Assembly (NCBI GenBank): GCA_017654855.1
Contig: CM030334.1
Location: 1,054,001-1,118,000, forward strand
Source of the DNA: Podospora anserina
Lineage: Eukaryota
Length of the DNA stretch: 64,000 nt
Direction of reading: 5' to 3'
The notes under the pieces were generated by a model. It saw nothing but the letters and a program-made list of their open reading frames with translations. It had not been told where the DNA came from and did not search any database. Of the stretch, positions 36,545 to 49,800 are shown piece by piece. Positions within the stretch are counted from its first letter, which is position 1. Every line of letters starts with the position of its first letter. The translations under genes and the position numbers were made by a program.

Positions 36545-38389
36545 GGTTGTGGGCGGTGGTGTGGGCGGTATTTGCTGTGCTGATGGCTGCTGGTGCTTGT
36601 ATGATGATGGGGTGGATGGCCTCTCTCCGTTGTAGGAACCTGATGGTGGTCTGCCGTTGGTGGCAGAGGAGTAGTAACGCGAACCCCGCGGGTATCCTGA
36701 GGAAGCCAGTTTTACGGTATTTGTTCCGCTGTTGTGAAAACAGCGGTGGGAAGTGGGAAAATGGAAAGGTTGGGGAAGTGGAGAGGGGGGCGAATGGGTA
36801 TGAGCTATTATCTTGCGATGGGTATCCTGGGGATTTTGATTGACGTCTTGTTTGTCACGATGGTTGAACGAACGTCCAGTATTTTTCTGTCAGGTAGGCA
36901 GAGATGGAGATGATGAAGGGAGGACGTTGTTGGCCAAGGGGAACTGAAAGTAGTAGTCGGCTGGATATATACCTGGCACTTTGTCTCCCACTGACACGCG
37001 ATGGGTGAATGGTTTTGCTGTTGTGTTTTTTTGAACGGATCACCAGACTTTTGGGTCCAATTGGGCTCTAAGGTTGCTGCAAGTCCCACCCGGCCGCTCT
37101 CTGCTGGGATCTGCTGGCCCGTCACAGCGTGACAGATGGAGAACGGCGATGGAGCCCAACGTCAACCAGTCCTCTTGCTCTTCTCCTGTTTTTGCCCCCA
37201 GTTTTCCCCTGTCGAGACCGCCTCGCCAAAATATGCAAAATTCTCGCCCGTCTCCTGCAGGCCGCTTGGTCGTTTGATGGCCCGGGGCTCCATCCATTGT
37301 TTTGACGTGGCAGCATCCATCGCCAACCCTCTCGGGCAGGGGACAGGCTTGGCGATTATTGGACCCGCCCAGTCCCGCTGTTACAGCGCTAGCCACGGCC
37401 ACCGGCAGCTTCACCACCAGACATCTTGTCTTCTCCTCGCTGTCAACCACATGCTCACTTGTGCAACGGCCATGAACCCTACCTATCAACCATCATCTCG
37501 TCTTCGAACCCGCCAGCCTGGATCACCACACTTCAAACATTCTAACCAGCATCCCCATAGTCTACACTATATCCCACTGCATTAGCGGGCCGTGCCTCGG
37601 CCAAGAATTGGGCTCAGCGCAACCCATCACCAGGCGGTGCCCAAGTCGGCAACGCAACCACTGACAACTGGCAGCAATCAGCTTCCCCAATGCCTTCTCC
37701 TGACAGCCGCAATGGCCTTGCTGAAGCCGGCATCCGCGAACGCGCATCATGCTCGGCTATCTAGAACCTGGGGCCGGCATCGATCATGATGTTCATGGTC
37801 CGTTAACCCCGCCTTCAGCCGCCGAACTACTTTACCGCCTCATGTCACGTCTCACCAGAGAGCTGAGGATAACCTCGGCCACGGATTGGTCACCGCTTTT
37901 ATACAGGGAACTCAGCCCTCCTCTCCACTATGATCAGACCCATACATACATGTGTGTGTAGAAACAAATCATGCCCCTGGTGCCATGTGTTCCGAACGGG
38001 CAGCTTCCGGGTGGTGGATCAACGGTCTCATCGGTCTCTGTAGGTGTATGTCTCTTGGCACTGTGTAGTGTACATAGTCTGCATGCGTTTGAGACCCAGC
38101 CAGATGGCGCGCTAGGTGTTGCCTGTTAAGGCTTTGAATTGGCCAATAGATGTGAGAGTATCAACAAGTGTTGATATCAGTCCGTGGCTTGAAACTTTCC
38201 GTACTTCAGATCTTGTACCCCACGCAGTGGATATATACGCCGGATCTTTGTTCAAGGACTCTTTTCTTCCGCTTCCCCCTCCTCGAAAATTCGAACACTG
38301 CATATGCCAAGACAGAACTCGGAGGTGTGGTGGGTGTGTGTACACACCGCCACCCGGACTGCCAGCCACATTGTTGCTATAAGAGGCGA

Positions 38390-38390
<1 letters not shown>

Positions 38391-38424
<34 letters not shown>
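38391..38424. repeat. (GTT)11 microsatellite
   Basis: Direct reading. Confidence 0.95.
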
Positions 38425-38425
<1 letters not shown>

Positions 38426-38895
38426 GCATGTGTTTCACCATGCTTATTGAAAAAATTACGTTCCGAGGGACTGTCGCATTCAGAGAGTTTTCTTATCAGA
38501 TCTCGGCGACTATAGATCGACAACCGTCATCGGTACCAGAGATCTCACGCAACCAAATTTTGAACATGGAAGGATTCCTTGGCTGGTTCCAATTGCTACC
38601 CCCCCAGCTTTCTGGAAGAGGAACCGCGGAGGAAGAGGTGGAATGATTGAGATATTGGACTGCATAAAGCCGTGAGGGGCACTCAGGCTGTCCAGACTTC
38701 CAGTCGGGGGATTTCATTCTGGTGTTTGGCATTCATACGATGTTTTTCTCTCGAACAATGTGGCCGGAGTTAGAGAGCGTCGCACGAAACTCGGTGAAAC
38801 GGTTCATGCAAAATGGTGAGAGTGAACAATACAACACAACTACAAGAACGCTTTTCCTTTTCCTTTTCCTTTTCCTTTTCCAACATCAGCCCTAC

Positions 38896-40209
38896 CTACT
38901 CCTGAGGCTTCGCACAAGTCCCCCCAAGATTCGCCTTCGTCCTGCTCGCCAACAACCCCAACTCCGCCTCCGCAGCCTTGTACGTCTTCGTCGCGTTATG
39001 CGCCAACGGTCCGTAAAGCATCCAAGCCGACAGCGGCCTCAGCGTAGCATGACCCGCCCTCTGCGTCCTCAACCTCTCCCTATCCACCTTCGCCCCGGTT
39101 GACCTCTCCAGCGCAGCCTCGTACCCCACCGGCCACCCCTCCATCACCTTCTTCCCCAAGTTACCCGCCGCAACATAAGCCTCAAACCGATCCTTTCCCC
39201 CAAAATCCCTCATGATAAACGGCGCCCTGGCATACCCGACGGGAAGCCGGGTAATATCCTGACTCCAGTAGTCAACCCCATCCAACTGGACCACCGACCG
39301 TCCCCCTCTCCCCCACGGCTGCCCTTGCTCATCCCAGTAGAAGAACCCGGTGATCCAACCGCTCACGTCCAGGGGAGCGGCACCGCAGATGTTGCTGTAG
39401 CTCGCAAAAACAATACTATTCCAAAACCTCTTCGTCTCGGCCGAGTCAGGCTCATCCCAGGATTTGACAAACCTCTTGAAAATCGGCGCCAACCGGCGTT
39501 TATACTCCTTCGGCTCCTCCCCGAAAAACTCCAGCCTTTCCAGTTTCTTCTCCAACTTGACCCAATCCTCCCTCGTCCCCTCCAGTGTGACAGACGGAAG
39601 CCCGCAGATAATCCCGCCCTCGTAGCGAAAGTAAGCCTTGACGAGCCCCATCATCAGAATGGTGGACGTCATAACATCGTTGTCCGTCGTGGTCGAAAAC
39701 CCAGGGACGATCCACTCCTCCAACCAGGGCGTCAGCACCCGCTTCTGAATCTCTTCTTTGAATCGCCAGAGGACGTCGGTCCAGGTGTGATCCTCAATAA
39801 AGATGACCTCCTGACCCTGGTGCTTGACAAACAGGTGGCGGACGGCTTCGGCGTGGGTTTCCATGTAAAAGTTCATTTGGGTCAAGATGGTGAACCAGAT
39901 TTCGTCCGGCCGGAGGACGAGGTGGAGGTGTTCGCCCCACGCTTGGATTGCGCTCCTGACAAAAGAGTCGCCCGAGGGGAGGTGGGAGGAGAAGTTTGTC
40001 GATGCGGCGGCGGGGTCGAGGGTGCCGGAGTAGGCTGACAGGAGGAGTTGTACGGTGGAGTTGGGGAATTCGTTTGGGGCGGATTGGCGGAGGAGGTCCG
40101 AGGCCGAGGAGAGGGTGATGTTGGTGGAGGGGCGGTAAGGGAGGGGGGAGCCGCCTGGGAGGATCACAATGCTCGCGCTGGCGAGAGGGAGGAAGGCGAG
40201 GAGCTTCAT
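38896..40209 (-). CDS. Secreted DUF4419-domain protein
   Basis: Signal peptide MKLLAFLPLASA; HLHLVLRPDEIW, FSTTT, CGLPSVTLEGTREDW, SGWITGF. Confidence 0.9.
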   Translation of the reverse strand: MKLLAFLPLASASIVILPGGSPLPYRPSTNITLSSASDLLRQSAPNEFPNSTVQLLLSAYSGTLDPAAASTNFSSHLPSGDSFVRSAIQAWGEHLHLVLRPDEIWFTILTQMNFYMETHAEAVRHLFVKHQGQEVIFIEDHTWTDVLWRFKEEIQKRVLTPWLEEWIVPGFSTTTDNDVMTSTILMMGLVKAYFRYEGGIICGLPSVTLEGTREDWVKLEKKLERLEFFGEEPKEYKRRLAPIFKRFVKSWDEPDSAETKRFWNSIVFASYSNICGAAPLDVSGWITGFFYWDEQGQPWGRGGRSVVQLDGVDYWSQDITRLPVGYARAPFIMRDFGGKDRFEAYVAAGNLGKKVMEGWPVGYEAALERSTGAKVDRERLRTQRAGHATLRPLSAWMLYGPLAHNATKTYKAAEAELGLLASRTKANLGGTCAKPQE

Positions 40210-40762
40210 TGTGGTGGTATTTTGAAGGGCCTCATAGCCTTGAGGAGAGAGAAAAGGTTGGTGTCGAAGCGGGAGGGAAACGGGACTTATAAGGACGTGG
40301 GATCGTCGGTCAGGAAAAGCTGGGGTTAGACAAAGTCTCGTAGATCGCTACATTCCAAGGGCCGTATGAATCGGCCTTGGTGTCCCGTGGAACAGGCAAG
40401 CGAGGTGTAATATAACCGGGTGAGCGGGATCATATGTCTCTCGGGGAATTTTGCCGGAAGTTGCTATTTTTGGATAGATTGCAGAGCATGATGAAACCAG
40501 GAACGTGCGACGCTCGTGTTGGGGAGAATTGTACTTTGTGATCAAGAGTGCAGCACTGCAGATCGGTGGTGTGGAAGTGAGTGACGGTCTGGTGTTGTGG
40601 GAAGATCGCAATTTGTTGTGGTTGGCGAAGGACTTGGCTGTTCTACTTGTGAGGAGTTATGAACTGACCCCCTGTTCCTTCACAAAATTCGTCATGAGCT
40701 TTCATAGATATAGAAGGTATTTATTCATCAGGTACCTTACGGGTACCTATATGTATCCAAAA

Positions 40763-41250
40763 TCATTCCCAGAACCGGGAGAATGACACGGCGACGGTCG
40801 ACACCGTCCCTAACATGACCAAGCAGACACCACAGGTGGTCCAAACCAAGGCCGTGGCAGCAGTTCCAATGGTTGCTTCAATCTCACCACCACTGATGTA
40901 GGTGATGGTGGACGCGGTTGATGCAGCGGCCGAGTGCTGCCAAAGGGCAGCAACTAACGACAGTACCGCTCCGACGAAGGCAGGCAAAACACAGGCCTTG
41001 ACGAAAGAATTGTTAGGGAAAGGCTTGACCTGTCGCTCGTCCACTTCAACGCCGCTGTCATCGTATTCCTTTTCCGTACTCCAACTACTGAAGGTAGCTA
41101 GTAGAAGAGCGAGAATGAACATCAAGGCCGAGGAGGCAGGGCTGGATCGATTTAGCTTCAAGCTCTGGGAAACTGGGCAACCAGGCAAATCTCAGGAAGG
41201 AACGCAGCCGCAAGAGCCAACTGGGACTCCGACGATTGCCTTCTCGTGAA
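40763..41250 (-). pseudogene. Fig1-like (Ca2+ regulator/membrane fusion) relic
   Basis: LLATFSSW...ERQVKPFP...AALWQHSAA...IGTAATALVW matches the Fig1-family C-terminus as recalled; in-frame TGA at 41192-94 and no intact N-terminus found. Confidence 0.6.
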
Positions 41251-41799
41251 GCCATTGTGCCCAATGCTTGAAAGTGACTGATTTGTCTCGGGTTCCATGA
41301 ACTCGGAAAGCGGTGTCGAGGGCAGCGTGCCACCAGCCCACATGAATACCTAGAGGACATGAGGTGCTGTTGGTTCAACTTCCGATCTTTCTCCGCCAAC
41401 GCTAACCCAGGCTCAGCTCGTGAACGTGGTCGATACGCCATTTGGAGGCATACGTCTTGCCTACAAATCAGAGAGATGCTCTGGAAAACGTCCGCATGGA
41501 GGGCTCTTGCTTTTGCGTACTCACCGGAGATGAACTCCCCTGCCTCTGACCCCGAGTATCGAAATGGTTCAGAGCACAGCATTCGCGAAAGCAGCAGTAA
41601 TGATGAGCAAACTCCCGTCCGGCGAGCCGGCAATGGCGACAGCCCGGGAGGCTCCGGTCCGTCCCAATCTCAGCAGAGAAAGGAAGGCGATATCGATGTG
41701 AACAGCAACACCAATGGAGAGTAACAAGAGCCCCTCTATTTCTCTGCCCCCAACATGAAGACACATATTTCACGCGCTACCGGTGGAAGCAACATCATA

Positions 41800-43638
41800 T
41801 GCGCCACTGGAAAAACACATTCCGTCCTTCGAGGGGGTCACCGACCATCATTGTGGTGTACAATGCTGCTGGCCAATATATTCTACAGGTCTGGCATGAT
41901 CAAAGCCATTCCTTTGAACGCACTGCTCCTGACAGCGAGGCAAAGCCGGTCACCAAGGATGTACCACCGCTAGATCTTCCCCGCGACGAGTCCCACACCT
42001 TATTTGCCCAGGATATCGACCCCGAAATCAATCCGTACGCTAGGTCTAGCCCTCGACATATTCCCTGATGTCTTTGAAGAACAGCTCTACCGCTCAAGGT
42101 ACCGAGGGACCGATAGTTGCGAGGATGCGGACCCCAGAACATGGAAAAGGGTCCTCGTGTCTAGACTGATCACATCCTATCTGCGCGAACCAATGTCTCC
42201 CGTCAAGAGTGGAAGCTTCGAAGCTCGTCTGGCTCTGAAGATAGCATGGCGACAGCAGTCTGGGAGGAACAAGTGACGTGCTTCCGGAAGCGTTGGTCTG
42301 TTGACAGTACCGCTGCACCGGCCGAACAGAGTAAGCAAAGATCCTCGCCACAACCGAGCTAGGTAGAACTGACCTGATATGGCTGTGAAAGCTGTTTACT
42401 TTGTCGATCCACTCCCTCTGGTAGTACACGAATCCGAGCGGCGCCGCAGTGACTCTTGTGTCGATGCTGCTGCGAAAATCCACCGATCTGAACACACGCC
42501 TTTCCGACGGGCAACATGGAGACTGCCATTTGCACCAACCACTCTCAAGGGTCAGTACCGAAACAGACAAGATTTTATGAAACGAGAAGTCACGAAGAAA
42601 CACCCAAATTCGGACCACGACGGAACGGCCAGGAGGACTGGACTAGATCTAAAAACCTTCATCCCAGCGCCGGCCCTCTTACAGGTCATCCGCATCGACG
42701 CGATGTGCCTTGTTCGCCACCTCTCGGTCATTCTTGACAAGATGATCCACCAGCGCAACCAGCGAGCGCCTCATGCAAGAACGCCTCGAACTCCTGGAGA
42801 GAACTGCTCAACTGGGCCCAGCGAGAGTTGCCCCGGCTTTCGGAATCTCTGGCCGAGTTCTTTGCTTCCGCGCTGGCAACAGCTGAAGATCTGGAGCCTG
42901 TTCTCCCGGGGCTCTGCACGCACATACCAGCGCCAGCGACACATCCTCAAGTGATCAAGCTTCAGCAAGAAATCCAGGACAGTTGTGACTAGATGTGTCC
43001 GTACACATGAGCACCTCCGCGCGGAAACGTCACTTCTTGAGAGCAAACGGGGGCATTGCCCAGGCTGAAAATGTTACCCAGTTTTGACGGAGCTGGCTTT
43101 TGTTTTTATTCCCACGTCTTTTGCTGCTGCGCTGTTTTGGTATGCAACTTCAAGAGCTAGAAGACGCCCCTCCCAGGGTGTGGATGTTTGTCGTTACTGC
43201 GATTGGATTTGTCTTGTTGGCATGTATACTACGAATCGTGCTGAGAAGTCCGACGATAAGCTGGAGGATACAGAGAGTGGGAAGGGGGGTAAGGACTGAG
43301 AGAAAGGTTCCAGATGGGGGCTGCTGTGCCTGCTCACAAGGCCTTTGGATGGGCATGGGAGAAGATTCACGGGAATAGGATCGTGGGATTCTTGGCACCG
43401 TGGATAGGCGATCTACGCTGCTTTGGTAGCGGTTCTCTGCGTTTTTGTGGGAGAGGTGAGCTTGACGATAGGGTTGGTGGTTTTGGTTACTGTTTTGCTG
43501 GGGCCGGTGATGTTTGTGGTTCGGTGGTGGGTTGTTAAGGAGAGGACGACGAGGGTGGATTTGTCGAGGTTTTATCCGCAGCCGAGGAGGAGGAGAGCAG
43601 CAGGGGAAGATGATGATGATGGGGGTGGGAAGGGGTGA
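41800..43638 (+). pseudogene. CorA-like transmembrane-domain protein pseudogene
   Basis: Fragments in shifting frames: LDIFPDVFEEQL, LLQVIRIDAM..L..ILD, LTELAFVFIPTSFAAALF / GMQLQEL...VWMFVVTAIG; frameshift in the T-run at ~43134-38. Confidence 0.7.
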
Positions 43639-45756
43639 GGTTGGGGTAGGTAGGTAGACTCTTGTCATTAAAACACACGTTTGTATTCAGGTACGCTTGT
43701 TCCTAACCTCCAGAGGACCATGCCATTCCAACACACTCCCCGTCTCCTCAACCCTTGGCGGGGAGTCAACCATCATTTCCATCCAGCTGGAAGGTTCGCC
43801 TCTGGTTGCAAGAGGATTGCCGTGCCGTCCAGACGACTTCTCACCCTTCTCCGAGCCGCCATATGTAAGCAAGAGCTCTCGTCTTTTTCTTGACAACTCT
43901 CCTCTCTTTGTTATGGGCAGCGAGAGCCTCCTTCGTGAGTCTAGTCCTCCCGGGTGCGGCGGCGGCATCCCTGGTCTTTTTGCTGCCTCTCGTCTCGACA
44001 TCTTGAGGGTCTATTCCAAACTGATCCCACATCATCCGCATCACCTGCTCGTACCAGCCCCAATGAAAACCCCCGCCAGGTCCCAGCGACGAGACAGGAT
44101 GCCGCCCGTAATCTCCGTGCAAGGTACTGTCCGAACGATGGACACTGTGCGTCAGGATGTTGTAGCAAAAGTCGGGCACGAGCAAAACAGGGCGTCTGAT
44201 CCTCAAGGTAAAATCGGTCGAGGTGCCTGGTTCATAGAGGTGTTCTTTGCAGCGTGTGTTCTGCTTGGTGTTGACGGAAACTTCTCCGATGCCTGAGACG
44301 GCGAGGGTGAGGGGTGAGCTGCTTTCGGAGGTGGTGTGTGTGACTTGGCTTTGGAAGGGTACTAGGGAGGTGAACCAGCCTTTGTCGCTAGCGATGCTAT
44401 GGTTGATGTGAGTATGGGTTTACCGCAGGTAGGTTAGAGTGGGTACTAAGCCAGCGACTGCTTACGGGATATTGGATCTGGGGGAGTAGATCCAGTCGCG
44501 GGATACGAGGTCGCGCTGCGGCTCTGAGGGTGACGTGTTGAGAACTGACTGGCACTAAAGACTCGTTTCAGATGGAAGGGGGATTGTTGAAAAGGCGAAC
44601 AGACGTTGCGAGCCGGGAAGTTTTGAGAACTCATTAAAAAGGGAGATTTTTACTGTCACAAACCTTGGTGTGGTTAGCTTTCTTGAAGCTCGGTTCGGGG
44701 GCTGACTAGGTTGGAATTGGGCTTTGCCAGAACACAACTTGGAGCACCTTGGCCAAATCCAAACCCGAAGATTTGTGAATCACGAGAAGGACACTTTCAA
44801 AATCCCATTTGACATGGATCAAGACATAATGATGATTCACAACTACTTCTTAATGTCTCCAACTGCGCACCTGACACACCCAAGGTAGGTAGGTATGTAG
44901 AAAGACAGAAGAACAGGTCCGTCAAGCGGGAGCGGACTTCCACAAGTCAAAACCAACTTCGTGCCGGAATCACTAAGATGAGCCTATCAAGCCCCCTTCG
45001 CTGTTCCTCAAGCCACTGGCTCCATGGTCCCACAACATTGCGCAAGTGCCAGAAGATTAGCGACATCCCAATGCTGCTCACTGTCTGACTCGTTGCTGCA
45101 GCACAGCGGATTTCTCTCCTTCCCCGCAAGCCTTCATTGACCAGAACTCAAGAAGCAAGCAGAAAACACTTTGTGCTTCACCTAAAACTCTTAGGCATGT
45201 GATGAACAAAAGGATGGATTGCCGGTGGGGATGAAGACGAAGACGTGGAAAGATAGTTAATAGGCCTTGAAGGATAGTTGAGAGGCGTCTCGACCATCTT
45301 TCAAGTCCTTGATATCGAATAGCAGTCACTAGTTTTCTGTTCAAAGCATGTCAGGTAATGGGATATGGCGAGGCATAGTGCCCAAGACCAACGGCTCAAA
45401 AAAAAAAAAAAAAAAGGAGAGCACGTAGAACGTTGAATAAAGAGTTGATTGTTTTGATCCGGGCCATAATGGCCGTAACAAAAGGAATGTATTTACAGGA
45501 AGCATTGCAAGGGTAGGATATCCCGATGTCCACACCCTGAATTCGCAACGCCTGTGGCTTCCTGCGAGCCTAAATATCCCTCCCATGCCGAATCAAATGA
45601 CCTTGGTGTGGCTGAAAGGCCGAACTCAAAAACGCACCGACGAAGTGGTTTCGTTGGCCCATGCCCTTGATTTCCCTGCCACAACTGGCCCAGATGTCAA
45701 CCCCGAGTCAACTCGCTAACTGGGCCAGTTCAAACCTTCAAAAGATCGACTCCCCA

Positions 45757-45915
45757 TCACCCATCATTCGCCATCATCGCGCGTGCAATAAGTCTTCCCT
45801 CGGCGCGTTCATCCTCGTCGTAGATGCTGAGGCCGTAGACCATAAGAAACTTGAACTCGCCGTCGAAATGGACTCGAAGCCATTGCTTCTCTTCCGCTGT
45901 ATAAGGAGGCACCAT
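45757..45915 (-). CDS. 52-aa small hypothetical protein
   Basis: MVPPYTAEEKQWLRVHFDGEFKFLMVYGLSIYDEDERAEGRLIARAMM resembles a recurrent fungal micro-protein pattern; ATG context cacgATGG. Confidence 0.75.
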   Translation of the reverse strand: MVPPYTAEEKQWLRVHFDGEFKFLMVYGLSIYDEDERAEGRLIARAMMANDG

Positions 45916-46456
45916 CGTGATTTGATGGATAGTTGCAGATTGTAGCTTGGAGTGGCGTGGACGATCTGGTGTTGGGGCGATGGGTGGTTGTCGAAGTGAC
46001 GCAACGACCTGAGCAAAAGGTGAGTTGAACTGGGGAAGAACCGAGCAACCACGAGCCGGGGCCACGAAAAGAAGGTGATCTTCGCGCCTGGAACCACACC
46101 ACCGGTGGATCCCACAACGGTTGTCTCATGACTCGACGAAAATGCATCAAATCGCCGAATCCGAGTCTGGTACCCCACGGTGGCTTGTTGTAAACTGCCG
46201 CATGCGGCTTGTGGGTGGTGGAAGGCGGGGAATGGCGCCAGCCACCACCGAGATAGCTCGTCAGACACGGGGGACTCGCGGATATAGCGAATGTATGTCG
46301 GCTCCCAAGCCCGTATCATGCAGAATGCAACTGCAGCTGCGACGCTGGGACCGAGTGCGTGTGTTCCAAGACAGTGACGGGGCCGAGGGCATCCATATGT
46401 CTGGAAAAAAGTGTGCGTGTGTGTGTGTGTGTGTTGTGCCTTCGAGGTCGAGGCGC

Positions 46457-46891
46457 TCACATCATCTGAAAGAAATCCAGTCGCTCCTGTTCTTCTCTCT
46501 CGGCCTGCCTCTTCTTTTCTTCCTCGGCCCTTCGTCTTCTGGCTATTTCGGGGTCTCCGGCCTCCTCCTCCTTGAGTCTCGCTTCCTCGAACGGTAAAAG
46601 TGAAGATGCCTGGTTTGCTGTCAATGAATCTGTCCATCTAGGATCCGCTGGTGTGGAATACGCCGAGTAGGCTGGGTTGACATCCGGACGAATGGGAACA
46701 CCACGAGCCGAAGGGGGGATGGGAAGGGGTCCTGGTACCTCGGTGGCGATGGAAGCGTGTTTCTCATCATAGGTTGCCGTTGAACGGGAACTGCCTCTGG
46801 ATGTAGTGTGGACCACCTTGGCATGGGTGACGACTGGCTTCGGAGCTGGGCCCTTCTTCCTCCAGATCTTGAGAGTGCTGAGACAACCCAT
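46457..46891 (-). CDS. 144-aa protein with MGC N-terminus
   Basis: caagATGG start; MGCLSTLKIWRKK (possible acylation plus basic patch); charged tail EEQERLDFFQMM. Confidence 0.75.
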   Translation of the reverse strand: MGCLSTLKIWRKKGPAPKPVVTHAKVVHTTSRGSSRSTATYDEKHASIATEVPGPLPIPPSARGVPIRPDVNPAYSAYSTPADPRWTDSLTANQASSLLPFEEARLKEEEAGDPEIARRRRAEEEKKRQAEREEQERLDFFQMM

Positions 46892-49800
46892 CTTGGTGGT
46901 TTTGTGGGATGAAAGAGTTGGGAGGTTTTGATTCTCGGTCAAAGCTTTGCCGACAGTGGTCGAGATGTCCAAGGACGTCAGGGTCAGGGGAGCTCGAGGT
47001 GGCGAAAGATGGATGGGAGCTCGAGAGCACCGGATCTCTCACATGTTTGGGAAACGTGGAACTTTAAAACAAACCAGCGTCTGGCCCAGGCGGCGTTTTC
47101 TTGATGCAGTGACATGGCTCATGTCTCCATTCCTGGCGTGGAATGGTTGGAATGCTACCAAGGGCTGTCCCATTTGGGTAGGTTCCGATGGTACCATAAG
47201 CCCCAATGGGGATAGCGCCATAGCACAGCCCTAGCGATATTCTTGAATGCGGGGAAGGTCTCCACAGCTAGTGGTGCTGCGAACCCTGCAGAGAACTGGT
47301 TCCACTGTTCTGGGCGTCTGGGCCTTTGAGCCACCAATTTCCAGTGTGGTGAGAAACTGTGAACAGCTTCAGGGCGCTTGTTGACCAATCAACACATCAA
47401 TTCCAAGCGGACTGTCTCTTCCAAATAAACAACAATGCCTTTCATCAGCCTCATTCCAGCCCAGCCAAGCAACGCCAGGCAAACATTCCGGACCAGCATC
47501 GGGACTCCCACAAAGAGCACCGCCGCCCGGAGCACCTGGGCAGCGCTTACACAAAGTCCAGAATAGTGGGGTCCCGTCGTCAGCAACTGGCGGGGCGGCG
47601 CGGAAACAGCACGACTAGCGCATGCAGCACATCAATGTTAGACTTGACCTTCCTCTTTTCGAGCTGGGCTTCTGAATCATGGAAGACTAGAGCCCGATTC
47701 CTGTCTTTGATCTCTCAAAAGTCACGCTCTCCTTCACCAAGAATTGGCAATTTCAGGTCTTCATCATTGGTAACCTGGTGATCCATTGGCCGGTGATTGA
47801 TCAAGGAGATGGTCCGTGGCCATCCTAGTGGCTGATGGCAGCTGACCGCGTGTAATTTGCCTTACCCTGACCCTAGCTCACAACCTGTGGAATAGCGTCC
47901 GTCTGGGCTCTCATAGGCTCTGGAGATCTTCAAACCCCTGAGAACCCTGATGGGCGGGCCCTGCTGTGGATATCAAACGGCAGCCAAGCGGGAGCTTTGA
48001 AGATCAGGGAAAAAAAAGATCAACAGTGGTGATCTCACAGGAAGAGTGCTGACGTTGGTGGAATTCACCGCTTCAGCTCAGCCAGCCACAAAGTCATGCA
48101 TAATGCAGTCATACCCAGAAGTCGAAAACCACGCATTTTCTGTTGGTGATGACTTGATGCTGCCGTTGGTTCACCATAGAACCTCACTGCCTGAAATGTG
48201 AAGGTCATCGCATTCAAAAGAGGTATCTTTTTTCGACGGTCGAATAAGGTATGGGTTATCATGTGTCAACAGTGTCGCCAAGAAGAAGAATCCAACTCGG
48301 GCAAAATAAAGCTTCTTTCACCTCAACCAAACAACATACCTACTGTAAACCAACGACATGCCTACCAAAGTTCCAACGCTGTTACCAATGCAACATGGTG
48401 TGATATCCCATGCAGATTTACCACAGTTCCGGGACTGTTCTACTTGAAAGGACGCATGGGTTATTGCGCCGTGGGAACCGCTGGTTCGGCTGCATTTGTG
48501 AATCGCAAGATATCACCCTTCCAAGGAAAACAACATTGATCACGGTGTTTTTATCAATCTTTGCGGCATAGACCGGTGTGCTGAATCCCTCGCCGGAATT
48601 GCTCTTGAGGGAGCTGCCCGAGATTCCTGCTGCTGAAGTTTGGTTCCGGTGCCATTTGGCAAGAGTGAACCCCGGCTCCCAACATCTTGTTGGTAGCAGT
48701 GCATTCATGTAGGAACCTCTTATCAAGCCTTTGAATAAAATCATTGACGTGACTGATGGGTGCCCCGAGATTGGTTATGTTGGGGAGTTGGAAATGCAAG
48801 TCACATTCACAGTCAACTGGAACCTGGAAGCCTCCGGGTACGTTCAAGAGATCTCCAAATATCTCAACAGAACAAGGCAAATGCCACAGCTTGAAGGTAT
48901 ACGAGCGTGTCATGATACAGACTTGAGATTCCCATCGCCGTGGTACTGCCCAAATAAAAAGAAGACGAAATGGGACACACTCCTGCCGTGACTTGGTAAT
49001 CAAACGTCGCACTCCTGCCCTGTGTGATACCCCAGCACCGGTTTTTTCAACATCATAAAACACGCGAAGGCACATGAGATGGACCAGAAAGGCAACAGAG
49101 CTGCTACGTAGTAGGTATTAGTGCCGGATCACCAACCCATTCCTTGTCTCGGGGATAGAAGGCACTGCACTGGACAGTGTCTGGCATGTTCGATCCCCAA
49201 GGCCACCACTACCCGAAGACGAGGTGACAGATGCAGACTTGGAAAGGGAAGGCAGTCTGCGCCTGTTCTTCTTCACATCATCTTGACACTCCCTTTCCTT
49301 CCCTTCCAGGATCTTCTGTCGCTCGGCTCTGTCTCCTGCAATTTCCTACCCTTCTACACCAGTTTACTGGTTCAAAAAGCAATTTCCCCAGCACCTCCAT
49401 TCCTGTCCTTCCTGAACATGTTCTTCTTCAATGACTCGAGACCGTGGCGAAGAATCGTCTGCTCCAACTCTCTTGTTTCCAGCCTCAAAAATGGCAGCCC
49501 TTGGCAGTCAGTTCCTCCGACGTCGAGAACACTTCATTGTCCTCGGCAATCATTCGCCAATCCTACTACCGTGACCTCGACAAGGGTCTCAGTGTCCTCC
49601 TGGTAGCTTTACATACCAGCAAACATGTTAGTGCACCGTTCTTGCAGTGGGCTTAAAGATGGTAGCTGACAGTTGGTTCCCGACTAGACACCTGACACAT
49701 GGCCATCCCTCTTCCCTTCATGCTTCATTCGCTGCCACAGAGGCTTCCATCTTCAGACATGCCGATTCCCCTTTGCCCCTGATCACTTCAGGTGGAGCAC

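Noticed and set aside
38112..38646. Poly-Asn, poly-Leu and poly-Cys ORFs
   Set aside because: Produced by the (GTT)n microsatellite.
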